Assembly: GCA_937927515.1 (NCBI GenBank)
Contig: CALBDO010000001.1
Span: 21,773-85,772, forward strand
Source: Candidatus Kapaibacterium sp.
GTDB lineage: Bacteria; Bacteroidota; Ignavibacteria; Kapaibacteriales; UBA2268
Reading direction: 5' to 3'
DNA length: 64,000 nt
Shown: positions 38,590-47,651 of the stretch, one piece after another
Numbering within the stretch: the first letter of the stretch is position 1
Layout: every line of letters begins with the position of its first letter
Position numbers and translations under genes: made by a program
The notes under the pieces: generated by a model
What the model was told of the DNA's origin: nothing
The model's input: only the letters and a program-made list of their open reading frames with translations
Databases searched by the model: none

Positions 38590-39702
38590 TTAAATATTAA
38601 AAAACTCGATAATTTTTTTAGCGGCTCTTTCACTTGCACCACTGTTTCCTAAAAGACTTCTAATCTTTGTAGAAATTTTTTGATATTCTTCGTAGGTTCC
38701 TATATTGTTTATAATCTCCTTGACAGATTGCAGAATCGCTTTTGGATGGGCTTTGTTTTGAATGAACTCTGGAATAAGTCTAGTACCTAATAAGATATTT
38801 ACAATTGAAATTTTATCTATGTTAATAAGTCTTCTTGCAAGTTGATACGTTATAAAAGATGTTTTATAAAACGTTACAAAAGGAATACCAAGCAACGCAG
38901 CTTCTAAATTAGATGTACCAGACTTAATAATACCAACTTTACTTTTAGTCAGAACTTCATATGAGTTGTTTGAGAGAATTACATTGGGTAAATTTGATAA
39001 ATCCTTTAAATACATTTTATTATGCACATCTAAGAGGGGTATTTGAACAACAAAATCTGGCATTTGTTTTTTTATTTCATCAATTAAACTCTTTGTTAAT
39101 AATTTGTGATGTTTCAACTCAGATTTCCTCGAACCTGGAAGGTATGCAATTGAATTTTCTCTCTCATTAAAACTTGGAATTCGTTCTTGAAAAATCGCTT
39201 CGTCGAGCAAAGGATGTCCTACAAATTCCACGTTTTTAATATAAGCAGAAAAAAAATCCACTTCAAAAGGAAAAACAACTAGTAAAAGGTCTATGTATTT
39301 TTGTAGCTTGTGAATCCTGCCTTCACCCCAAGCCCACAACTGAGGTGCGATGTAGTAGCACACTGGAATTCTATACTTTTTTGCAATTTCAGCAATTCGA
39401 ATATTAAAACCCGGAAAGTCGACAAGGATAACCAAATCGATTTTATTAATTTTGAACAATCTCTCACACTCAAATAAAGTTCTCCGAAAGAAAGTAATGT
39501 TTTTTAGAACCTCCCAAAAACCAACAACTGAGAAGTTTTCCAAAGGAACTAAGCTCTGCAAACCCTCGCTTTCCATCGTTTTTCCACCTATACCAACAAA
39601 ACTTACGCCAGATTTAAGTTTTTTTAAATGGAACATTAATTTGGAAGCGTGGATATCGCCAGACCTCTCTCCGGCAATTATGAAAACTGTTGGGTTTTTC
39701 AT
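38590..39702 (-). CDS. lpxB: Lipid-A-disaccharide synthase.
   Basis: The N-terminal FIIAGERSGDIHASKLM is the LpxB signature. Length (370 aa) and GT-B fold composition fit. Confidence 0.9.
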   Translation of the reverse strand: MKNPTVFIIAGERSGDIHASKLMFHLKKLKSGVSFVGIGGKTMESEGLQSLVPLENFSVVGFWEVLKNITFFRRTLFECERLFKINKIDLVILVDFPGFNIRIAEIAKKYRIPVCYYIAPQLWAWGEGRIHKLQKYIDLLLVVFPFEVDFFSAYIKNVEFVGHPLLDEAIFQERIPSFNERENSIAYLPGSRKSELKHHKLLTKSLIDEIKKQMPDFVVQIPLLDVHNKMYLKDLSNLPNVILSNNSYEVLTKSKVGIIKSGTSNLEAALLGIPFVTFYKTSFITYQLARRLINIDKISIVNILLGTRLIPEFIQNKAHPKAILQSVKEIINNIGTYEEYQKISTKIRSLLGNSGASERAAKKIIEFFNI

Positions 39703-39708
39703 TTAAAA

Positions 39709-41865
39709 CTACTTTGGAATTGAAAAAATTTTAAATTTACCTATTTTTCTTTCTTGTTCTATTCTTTCAAGGAAATAATGTTGAGCTGAAAATTCATCCT
39801 CATCCGATATGGGTTTCAATTTTTCATATTCTCCGTTTGATAGAAGACGCCAGGACTTTGTGTTGTCTGTCCAATACAATTCCAAAATTTTTATTAATTG
39901 CGCTTTGATTTTTGGGTCCTCTACTGGATACATTAATTCAATTCTTCGATGCAAATTTCTTGTCATCCAATCGGCACTCGAAAGATAGACTTCTGGATTT
40001 CCATTATTACCAAACATAAAAATTCTGCTATGTTCGAGAAAACGACCCAAAATACTTCGCACCTCTATATTCTCACTTAGTCCTTTTAACCCTGGAACAA
40101 GACAACAAATACCCCGAACGAGCAATTTTATTTGCACATTTTTCTGAGAAGCCTTATACAACTCTTTAATTACTTCTTCATGAGCCAAGGAATTCATTTT
40201 AACAAAAATTAAACCGGGATTATCCGGGGTGGAAAATTCCGCTTCTCGTTGTATCAATTCTACAATCCTTTGCTTTAGGTTAATTGGAGCAACAATAAAT
40301 TTTTTCCAATCAGTAAATTTGGAGTAACCAGTGAGCAAATTAAACAAATGTGTGGCGTCCCAAGCAAAATCTTCATTGGATGTGAATAGCCCAATATCGG
40401 TATAAATTCGTGCTGTAACAGAGTTGTAATTACCAGTGCTTAAATGTATATACTTTTTTAGTTCATTAGCTTCTTTTCGAATAACCAAAGCAATTTTACA
40501 ATGCGTTTTAAACCCAACAACACCGTAAATAACATTCACGCCTCTATTTTCGAGTTCTTTAGCCCAACCAATATTACTTTCTTCATCAAATCTAGCTTTC
40601 AATTCAACAAAAGCAACCACATCTTTGCCATTTTCAGCAGCTTTCATCAAGGCATCGACAATTGGAGCATTTTTACCGACACGGTAAAGAGTTATCTTTA
40701 TAGCCAAGACGTTTGGGTCTTCAGCGGCGCTTCGAATAAAACGAAGAACACTATTTGTAAATGAATCGTAAGGATGGTGCACTAATATATCTGAAGTGCT
40801 CAAGCACTCGAAAATACTTTTATTTGGGATTAATAATTCTGGAGGAATTCGCGTCTGAAAAGGCTTGTCTTTCAGTTCCCTCCTATCAATAGATAATAAT
40901 TCCATAAAATCCGGAAATTTAAGCGGTCTGTTTAATTTATAAACTTCTTCATCTGCAATTTTAAGGTGTTCTTGAAGAAATTTTACGAGACTTTCATCCA
41001 TACGAGTACTTACCTCAAGTCGAACAACAGCTGTACCCCAATGACGAAGCTTAATCTGTTCTGAAATCGCACTCAGCAAGTCTTCTGCTTCGTCCTCTGC
41101 TATTTCAATGTCTGCATCACGGGTAACACGAAACGAATTTGCAGAAATCACTTCGTAACCAGGAAAAAGCAAATCTCTATTAGCTTTGATAACTTGTTCA
41201 ATTAATACAAAATGATATTCTGAAGGATTTTTACCGGGCAATCGTACGAAACGTCTAACTTTATCAGATAGTTGAACAAAATTCTTCAACAGTGGGGAGC
41301 TGGGATTAGATTTATCTTTAAGGACAAAAATAATGTTCAGCGCACGATTTATTAAATTTGGAAATGGATGGGCTTGGTCAAGTATCCGGGGTGTCAGTAA
41401 AGGAAGTACTTCTTTGCAAAAGAATACTTTAAGATAATCTTTATCAGCCTCAGATAATTCTTTATATGAGTGTATAAATATACCCGAATTATTTAATTCA
41501 GGCATTATTTCATTTAAAAAAATTTCTTCGTGCAAATTGTACAGTTCCAAAACCTTTTTTCGAATTTCCTCTAACTGCTCTTTTGGGGTTAATCCATCCA
41601 TTGATAACTCAACTACTCCAGACTCTGCTTGCCTCTTTAAACCAGCAACACGAATCATAAAAAATTCATCCAGATTTGAACTGAAAATACTTAAGAATTT
41701 TAGTCTTTCAAGAAGAGGATGCCGTTTATCCCTTGCTTCCAGAAGAACCCTTTTATTAAATTCAAGAAAGCTAAGTTCACGATTGAAAAACATAGTTCTA
41801 ATTTTTGCTTTGTTAAAAAGCCCATCTTTTTTCACTTTTAATGAATCTTTATTCATTTTGTGCAT
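39709..41865 (-). CDS. ppk: Polyphosphate kinase 1.
   Basis: The N-terminal FFNRELSFLEFNKRVLLEA is present. There are two PLD-like HKxxxxD-type regions and ...HCKIALV.... Length is 718 aa. Confidence 0.95.
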   Translation of the reverse strand: MHKMNKDSLKVKKDGLFNKAKIRTMFFNRELSFLEFNKRVLLEARDKRHPLLERLKFLSIFSSNLDEFFMIRVAGLKRQAESGVVELSMDGLTPKEQLEEIRKKVLELYNLHEEIFLNEIMPELNNSGIFIHSYKELSEADKDYLKVFFCKEVLPLLTPRILDQAHPFPNLINRALNIIFVLKDKSNPSSPLLKNFVQLSDKVRRFVRLPGKNPSEYHFVLIEQVIKANRDLLFPGYEVISANSFRVTRDADIEIAEDEAEDLLSAISEQIKLRHWGTAVVRLEVSTRMDESLVKFLQEHLKIADEEVYKLNRPLKFPDFMELLSIDRRELKDKPFQTRIPPELLIPNKSIFECLSTSDILVHHPYDSFTNSVLRFIRSAAEDPNVLAIKITLYRVGKNAPIVDALMKAAENGKDVVAFVELKARFDEESNIGWAKELENRGVNVIYGVVGFKTHCKIALVIRKEANELKKYIHLSTGNYNSVTARIYTDIGLFTSNEDFAWDATHLFNLLTGYSKFTDWKKFIVAPINLKQRIVELIQREAEFSTPDNPGLIFVKMNSLAHEEVIKELYKASQKNVQIKLLVRGICCLVPGLKGLSENIEVRSILGRFLEHSRIFMFGNNGNPEVYLSSADWMTRNLHRRIELMYPVEDPKIKAQLIKILELYWTDNTKSWRLLSNGEYEKLKPISDEDEFSAQHYFLERIEQERKIGKFKIFSIPK

Positions 41866-41934
41866 AATATCTTTTAATTTTTTTTTAAATTACAAAAAAT
41901 CTATATATTTTGTTTGACAAAGAGGTAAAACTTT

Positions 41935-44900
41935 ATGTTCGCAAAAATTATACCAACTCAAACAATTGTTTTTTTAACTTTACTTTTCAATATCACGAAC
42001 ATTTTTTCTCAACCTTCTCGAGATACTCTTGCACCCATGTGGAATCTTATCCCCGTACCAAATCCTTCCCACATAAAGGTCATTACTTTTGATAGCAGTG
42101 ATGTAATGTACATAGGTATTTGGGGAGAAGGTATATTTCGGTCTTTAAATCTTGGACAGAACTGGACTGAAATTAATAATGGCTTGACAAATAAATATAT
42201 CACTGGCATTGAGATAACATCGAACGGGGTTCTTTATGCCTCAACTTATGGTGGTGGCGTATTTATTTCAACCAATAATGGTGCTTTGTGGACACCAATT
42301 AACAGCGGTTTACCAAGTTTAAAGGTCAAAGCTCTTAAAATTAAATATCCTGATACTTGCTTTGTGGCAATTGAAGGATTTGGCATTTATCGCTTGACCA
42401 ACAATGGAGCTACTAAAGTTAGATTTACTCAAGGCCTTTGGAATTATGATATTAATTGTATTACAATAGGCGATAATGGTTCTATTGTTGTTGGGACAAA
42501 TGGAGACGGTGTTTACTATTCAATCGACGGGGGCAGAACCTGGCGTCGCACTGGTTATGCTAATAATTTCAGAGTTATCACTTCCTTCGCTAAAAGTCCA
42601 ATTGGTGAAATATTTTGTGGGTCCTACCAAGGTGGAGTATTTTCCTCTGCCGACCATGGTTTAACTTGGACGGTATTCAAAAGAAATGATACCTTGAAAA
42701 ATGTCACCGCAGTTACTTATTTTAATTCTGCCGAACCTATCGCTGGCACCGATAGAATTGGTATTTTACGGTACGACTCTCGTGCATATGAAGACTGGAG
42801 ATTAACCAGCTTAAGAGATATTGGCGTTACTGCTTTAGCTAGAAGCCGCCAAGGCATTCTTTTTGCCGGAACTATCGATGGCGCTTTATACAAGAGTACA
42901 AACGGTGGAGCTAATTGGGTAAGTATCCGCTCCTCTAACAACTTCATCAGTTATTTTCATTCTTTTAACAAAACACTTTTTGTTGTTCTCAACAACAACA
43001 AATCGTTTAGAAGTACGAACTATGGTATGAGTTGGGAAGAACTAAACACGGGTAATGTTGCATTAACAGCCTTTTACAACGACTCAAGCAATAGATTATT
43101 CGCAACTGCAAGGTCCCTTTCTGCTCCTCGTGGTTACCTTTTGGTATCATCAGATTTGGGTAACAGCTGGGATACAGTGTTGGCTAAAAATGATACGCTT
43201 TTTGGTACTTTTGCCAACAAGGGTAACATATACTTTGTAGCAATTAATTTCCAACCTTCAAATCCACGAGACCCTACTTCACCAAGAAATGATTTACTAC
43301 GCTCGACCGATGGTGGAAACACTTGGAACCCACTGGGTGTGCGTTCTTTAGCTGTTCAGGGTATCAGTGCTATTGGATTTAATACTACTGGCACTGTCTT
43401 TGTTTCTCTCTCCGACAGCGTTATAAAATCCACAAACAATGGAAATTCATGGTCTATCTCCCTTAATAAATCTGCAAATACCTACAGAGACATTGCCTTC
43501 ACCAAAAATGGAACAATTTATGTTGCTGGTGATTTTTTAGTTTACCGCTCAACAAACGACGGAAATTTATGGACCACTAAAAGCGTAAGCAATTTGTTTC
43601 AATTCATAAATTCAATAACAGTCACAAAATACGACCAAATAATTTTTACAACTTACTACGGAGAATTACAAACTTCTATTAACAACGGTACAACTTGGGA
43701 TTCCTCCTCAGTTTACCCAGGTTTACTTAAAGAAAACATTCTCTTTGTCAAATCAGACAATAACGGATATTTATGGATTGTTACTAGTTCAAATATTTAT
43801 CGTTCCATCGACCCACAGGCACTTCCAAGACCAACTCTCTTAGAACCAGCCAATAATGCAAAAGCATTGGACCTCCGAACGACTTTTATTTGGAGAGAGC
43901 TCTCCGATATCGACCTTTATGAAATGGAGATTTCCGAAAACATGGACTTTTCAGTGGTAAACGAACGTATCATTCTTAAAGACACCTCTCGCCAGAACTA
44001 TTATTCATTTAATTACAATACAATGTATTTCTGGCGGGTTAGAACAAGACTAAATAACGCTTTGGGGAATTGGTCTGAAACGTTCACTTTTTCAACAATC
44101 GCGGAACCACCTCTACTTATCTCGCCAGCAAACAACTCCGGAGCAATCAATATACGACCAACCTTCGTATGGCATAAGGTACCAGATGCCCGGGGATACA
44201 CTTTGCAATGTTCCAAATCCCCTAGCTTTGACAATATAATATTTGAAAAGACCTTGAATAAGATTACAGATACAACTTATTCCCACAATGCCGATTTGGA
44301 ATATTCAACCGTCTATTTCTGGAGAGTAAAAGCAAATTTGGATAAAACATACACCGCGTGGTCCGAAACTTGGAAATTTAAAACTAAAATACCCGTTGTA
44401 AAACTGAGATATCCTCCAAATACAACCTATGGAGTACCCATAAATACAAAACTCCAGTGGACCCCTCCAACGAGCGATGCAATCTATGAAGTGCAAATTG
44501 CCTTTGACGAAAACTTCGAGAATATGTTTTTTGATGGTACTGCACAAGCAAATGACTACTTCGAACCAAAAATCCTTGGGTATTATACAAAATATTATTG
44601 GAGAGTTCGTCCAGTGGATGAATTTGGACCTTCCGATTGGTCCGAAACTTGGTGGTTCATTACAGTTATACAAGCACCAGAGCTAATCTCGCCAGAGAAT
44701 GACAGCAAAAACTTAAGGTTACCTATAAACTTTGTATGGTCGAGTTTTGATAAGGCAACCAACCATCATATACAAATAGCAAAAGATAAAAATTTCACTG
44801 AAGTAGTTACCGACGATTCCACCCTCTCCGAAAATAAATACCTTGCTATTAAACTCGACACCTATTCAAAATACTTTTGGAGAGTATGTTACAAAGCAAA

Positions 44901-45510
44901 TAGTTATAAAGGCTTGTGGAGCGAAACTTTTTCATTTACAACAAATATAGGTACTGCAAGTCTTATATATCCACCCAAAGACACTACTAATATGCCTCTC
45001 TCCTTTATTTTCCAATGGAAATCTGTTCCAGGAGCAGAATATTACGAATTCTTGCTTTCTTTAGATAGCAATTTTATTAAAGACATTATTATCTCTAGCG
45101 ACCAAATAACATCTACACAACTACTTGTACAAAATCTTGATTACGGTACAACCTACTTTTGGAAAGTTAGAGCAAAATCTAAGGAAAGCATCGGCGATTG
45201 GTCCGATATTTGGAAGTTTACCACATTAGAAAAACAACAAAGCCAAGTATTTGAAGATGATTACGGAATATCAATCAATCCTAATCCAACAAATGGACTG
45301 CTGAAAATTTCTTTAGTCAAAAATCCTGCACATATAAAGTCGATTAAAATAACAAATCTTTTGGGTGAAACAGTGTACAAGTTCAATTCGCTTTCTTTTA
45401 ATTCCGAAACACTTGTACTAGACCTGACAAATTTGGAAAAAGGTATTTTCTTTATTATTTTCGAATTTGATAATAATTTTATACACAGAAATTTTATTTT
45501 GTTAAGATAA
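41935..45510 (+). CDS. Large secreted T9SS cargo protein: N-terminal BNR/Asp-box (sortilin/Ycf48-like) beta-propeller region, then five tandem ~90-aa Fn3-like modules, then a T9SS CTD.
   Basis: Signal peptide. There are at least 10 S/T-x-D/N-x-G-x-x-W Asp-box motifs (SIDGGRTWRR, STNGGANWVS, STDGGNTWNP, SSDLGNSWDT, STNNGNSWSI, STNDGNLWTT, SINNGTTWDS ...). Five modules each begin P(A/P/E)N... and contain ...W... YFWRV... WSETW(K/W)F.T. The C-terminal ISINPNPTNGLLKISL...GIFFIIFEFDNNFIHRNFILLR matches a Por CTD. Confidence 0.8.
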   Translation: MFAKIIPTQTIVFLTLLFNITNIFSQPSRDTLAPMWNLIPVPNPSHIKVITFDSSDVMYIGIWGEGIFRSLNLGQNWTEINNGLTNKYITGIEITSNGVLYASTYGGGVFISTNNGALWTPINSGLPSLKVKALKIKYPDTCFVAIEGFGIYRLTNNGATKVRFTQGLWNYDINCITIGDNGSIVVGTNGDGVYYSIDGGRTWRRTGYANNFRVITSFAKSPIGEIFCGSYQGGVFSSADHGLTWTVFKRNDTLKNVTAVTYFNSAEPIAGTDRIGILRYDSRAYEDWRLTSLRDIGVTALARSRQGILFAGTIDGALYKSTNGGANWVSIRSSNNFISYFHSFNKTLFVVLNNNKSFRSTNYGMSWEELNTGNVALTAFYNDSSNRLFATARSLSAPRGYLLVSSDLGNSWDTVLAKNDTLFGTFANKGNIYFVAINFQPSNPRDPTSPRNDLLRSTDGGNTWNPLGVRSLAVQGISAIGFNTTGTVFVSLSDSVIKSTNNGNSWSISLNKSANTYRDIAFTKNGTIYVAGDFLVYRSTNDGNLWTTKSVSNLFQFINSITVTKYDQIIFTTYYGELQTSINNGTTWDSSSVYPGLLKENILFVKSDNNGYLWIVTSSNIYRSIDPQALPRPTLLEPANNAKALDLRTTFIWRELSDIDLYEMEISENMDFSVVNERIILKDTSRQNYYSFNYNTMYFWRVRTRLNNALGNWSETFTFSTIAEPPLLISPANNSGAINIRPTFVWHKVPDARGYTLQCSKSPSFDNIIFEKTLNKITDTTYSHNADLEYSTVYFWRVKANLDKTYTAWSETWKFKTKIPVVKLRYPPNTTYGVPINTKLQWTPPTSDAIYEVQIAFDENFENMFFDGTAQANDYFEPKILGYYTKYYWRVRPVDEFGPSDWSETWWFITVIQAPELISPENDSKNLRLPINFVWSSFDKATNHHIQIAKDKNFTEVVTDDSTLSENKYLAIKLDTYSKYFWRVCYKANSYKGLWSETFSFTTNIGTASLIYPPKDTTNMPLSFIFQWKSVPGAEYYEFLLSLDSNFIKDIIISSDQITSTQLLVQNLDYGTTYFWKVRAKSKESIGDWSDIWKFTTLEKQQSQVFEDDYGISINPNPTNGLLKISLVKNPAHIKSIKITNLLGETVYKFNSLSFNSETLVLDLTNLEKGIFFIIFEFDNNFIHRNFILLR

Positions 45511-45517
45511 TTTAAAT

Positions 45518-46396
45518 ATGTTGAAATCATTAGATACCATTTTACAAATACAGGAATTAGCAACCTTGCCAACAGTTACAACAAAGATTTTAGAACAAGT
45601 TGAGGATAACAATGTAGACATTCGAAATGTTGCCAAAACAATTGAAACAGATGCTTCACTTACAGCCAAAGTCTTGAAAGTTGCTAATTCTGCCATCTAC
45701 GGCTTGCGCACACCAGTCGCTTCTATACCACAAGCAATAATCACAATTGGATTGAATAGGTTAACCAATATTGTCATAGGCATCTCAATTTTTTCGCGCT
45801 TTATGGTATATGGAAAACAACAAATGAAACAACTTATGGAGAAATATTGGTGGCATTCCTCGTCGGTAAGTGTTGTTTCGAAATCTTTAGCTAAAAGAAT
45901 TGGGAAGAATTATAAAGAATTTGAATTTGTAGGAGGACTCCTACACGACTTTGGAAAAATAATTCTTATGCAATACCAATTGTCTGATTATTTAAAAGTC
46001 ATTGAATTAACAACAAATGAAAGAATCTTAGATGTCGAAGCTGAAAAGCAAATTTTCGGCTTCGACCATCTTGAAGTTGGTTCATTTGTCGCTGAGAAAT
46101 GGAAATTACCAATTCCCGTTGTAAACGTAATAGGGTACCATTCTAAATTGAATCGACTCAAAGATAACTTAGAGCTTGCCGCCATAATCAGGTTTTCAGA
46201 TTTATTATGTGAAATGTGGGGTGCCGATTTTTACGAAGGATATCAGATAATCAACTTTGAAGAACAACCTTCTTGGAAAATTTTAAAAGAGCATTTCCCT
46301 GAATTAAACGAACTCGACCTTGAGAAGTTTACATTTGAATTAGAAGAAGACTTTAAAAAAGCAAGCGAGTTTTTAAAAATCATTTCAACGAGCTAG
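45518..46396 (+). CDS. HDOD-domain signalling protein.
   Basis: LPTVTTKILEQVEDNNVDIRNVAKTIETDASLTAKVLKVANSAIYG ... GLLHDFGKIIL matches the HDOD (HD-related output domain) consensus. Confidence 0.75.
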   Translation: MLKSLDTILQIQELATLPTVTTKILEQVEDNNVDIRNVAKTIETDASLTAKVLKVANSAIYGLRTPVASIPQAIITIGLNRLTNIVIGISIFSRFMVYGKQQMKQLMEKYWWHSSSVSVVSKSLAKRIGKNYKEFEFVGGLLHDFGKIILMQYQLSDYLKVIELTTNERILDVEAEKQIFGFDHLEVGSFVAEKWKLPIPVVNVIGYHSKLNRLKDNLELAAIIRFSDLLCEMWGADFYEGYQIINFEEQPSWKILKEHFPELNELDLEKFTFELEEDFKKASEFLKIISTS

Positions 46397-47651
46397 ATAA
46401 TACCTCTAACAAATATTCAACTATTTTCTTCGTTGAACCAATTCTTTCATAAAAATAATCCTTAATCCTTTCTTGAATTTCATTATAATATCTTTTGTCT
46501 CTTAAATCCAAAAGCGCTTTTGCCAAACTCTTACCATCATCGACAACTTTGAGTGCACCAAAATCTTTTAAGTTAATTGCATCGATAGAATTATCAATCT
46601 GACCACCACATATAATTGGAATACCAAATCCCGCAGGCTCTACAACACTATGAACACCACGACCAAAGCCACCTCCAACATAAGCTACGTCTCCAAGCGA
46701 ATAGAGAGAAAGTAAATATCCTATTTTATCTACAATAATGTTTTTTTCTCTGTAATTTCTTAAATTTACTGGTCGTTCCAAAATCTGGCTGAATTTAATC
46801 GTATTTTTGTCTTTTGATTCCAATAATCTTATAATTTCTTCTTTAGGTTCGTGAGGTACATAAATAATTCTTAGATTTATTTCATTCTTAATTAATTTTT
46901 TTGCTTCTAAAATAAGATTTATATCTTCCTCCCATATACTCCCAGCAATTAAAACAAAGTCGCCTCCAAAATCATTTTTTTGAATTGGAAGGGAATCAGG
47001 TATTTGAATCTTTGAATATACCCTATCAAATCTTGTATCATAAGCTAGTTCAATTGGGACCTTCAAATCTAAACCTACAAAAAATTCTAAATCATTTTTA
47101 TCCATTGGGTAAATTTTAGTAAATAGATTCAAACAAGTCTTTAAATATTTATTGTAAATATAGTTATTTGCATTCTTTGGCTTAGATGCTGAAATTAAAA
47201 ATGTTGGAATATTTCTTTGTTTGAGTTCTAATAAGTAATTCAGCCAAAACTCATAACGAATAAAAATAGCTAAATTTGGCTTAAGTAGGTCAAGAAATTT
47301 TCTGCTTTGCTTGGGAAAGTCCAAAGGTAAATAAAGCAAAACATCAGCAAATTTATAATTCCTCTGATTTTCATATCCGGAAGGTGAAAAAAAAGTTGCA
47401 ACGACAAAAAAATCATTATCTAAATTTTTTAAATATTCGATTATTGGTTTAGCTTGTTCAAATTCCCCCATTGAAGCACTATGAATCCAAATCGTCTTAC
47501 CAGTCCTTCTACTAAGAATTTTTTCCTTATTTATTAGTAAAACCTCTTTCCACTCTCTCTCTCGCTTCCTAAACTTTGAGGAGAAAAAAATAATAAAAGG
47601 TCTTAATAACCGGAACAGAATTAGACTTAGGTTGTATGCAGCTTTAACCAA
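46380..47651 (-). CDS. waaA: 3-deoxy-D-manno-octulosonic acid (Kdo) transferase.
   Basis: The N-terminal IWIHSASMGEFEQAKPIIEYL matches the KdtA/WaaA HAASVGE motif. The GT-B C-terminal domain carries ...GGSL...E.. Length is 423 aa. Confidence 0.85.
   Translation of the reverse strand: MVKAAYNLSLILFRLLRPFIIFFSSKFRKREREWKEVLLINKEKILSRRTGKTIWIHSASMGEFEQAKPIIEYLKNLDNDFFVVATFFSPSGYENQRNYKFADVLLYLPLDFPKQSRKFLDLLKPNLAIFIRYEFWLNYLLELKQRNIPTFLISASKPKNANNYIYNKYLKTCLNLFTKIYPMDKNDLEFFVGLDLKVPIELAYDTRFDRVYSKIQIPDSLPIQKNDFGGDFVLIAGSIWEEDINLILEAKKLIKNEINLRIIYVPHEPKEEIIRLLESKDKNTIKFSQILERPVNLRNYREKNIIVDKIGYLLSLYSLGDVAYVGGGFGRGVHSVVEPAGFGIPIICGGQIDNSIDAINLKDFGALKVVDDGKSLAKALLDLRDKRYYNEIQERIKDYFYERIGSTKKIVEYLLEVLSSSLK

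Noticed and set aside
43830-45240. Possible nucleotide-level tandem repeat or CRISPR-like periodicity in the BNR gene
   Set aside because: The five modules are only ~30% identical at protein level. I saw no conserved direct repeats at DNA level, and this is protein-domain periodicity only.
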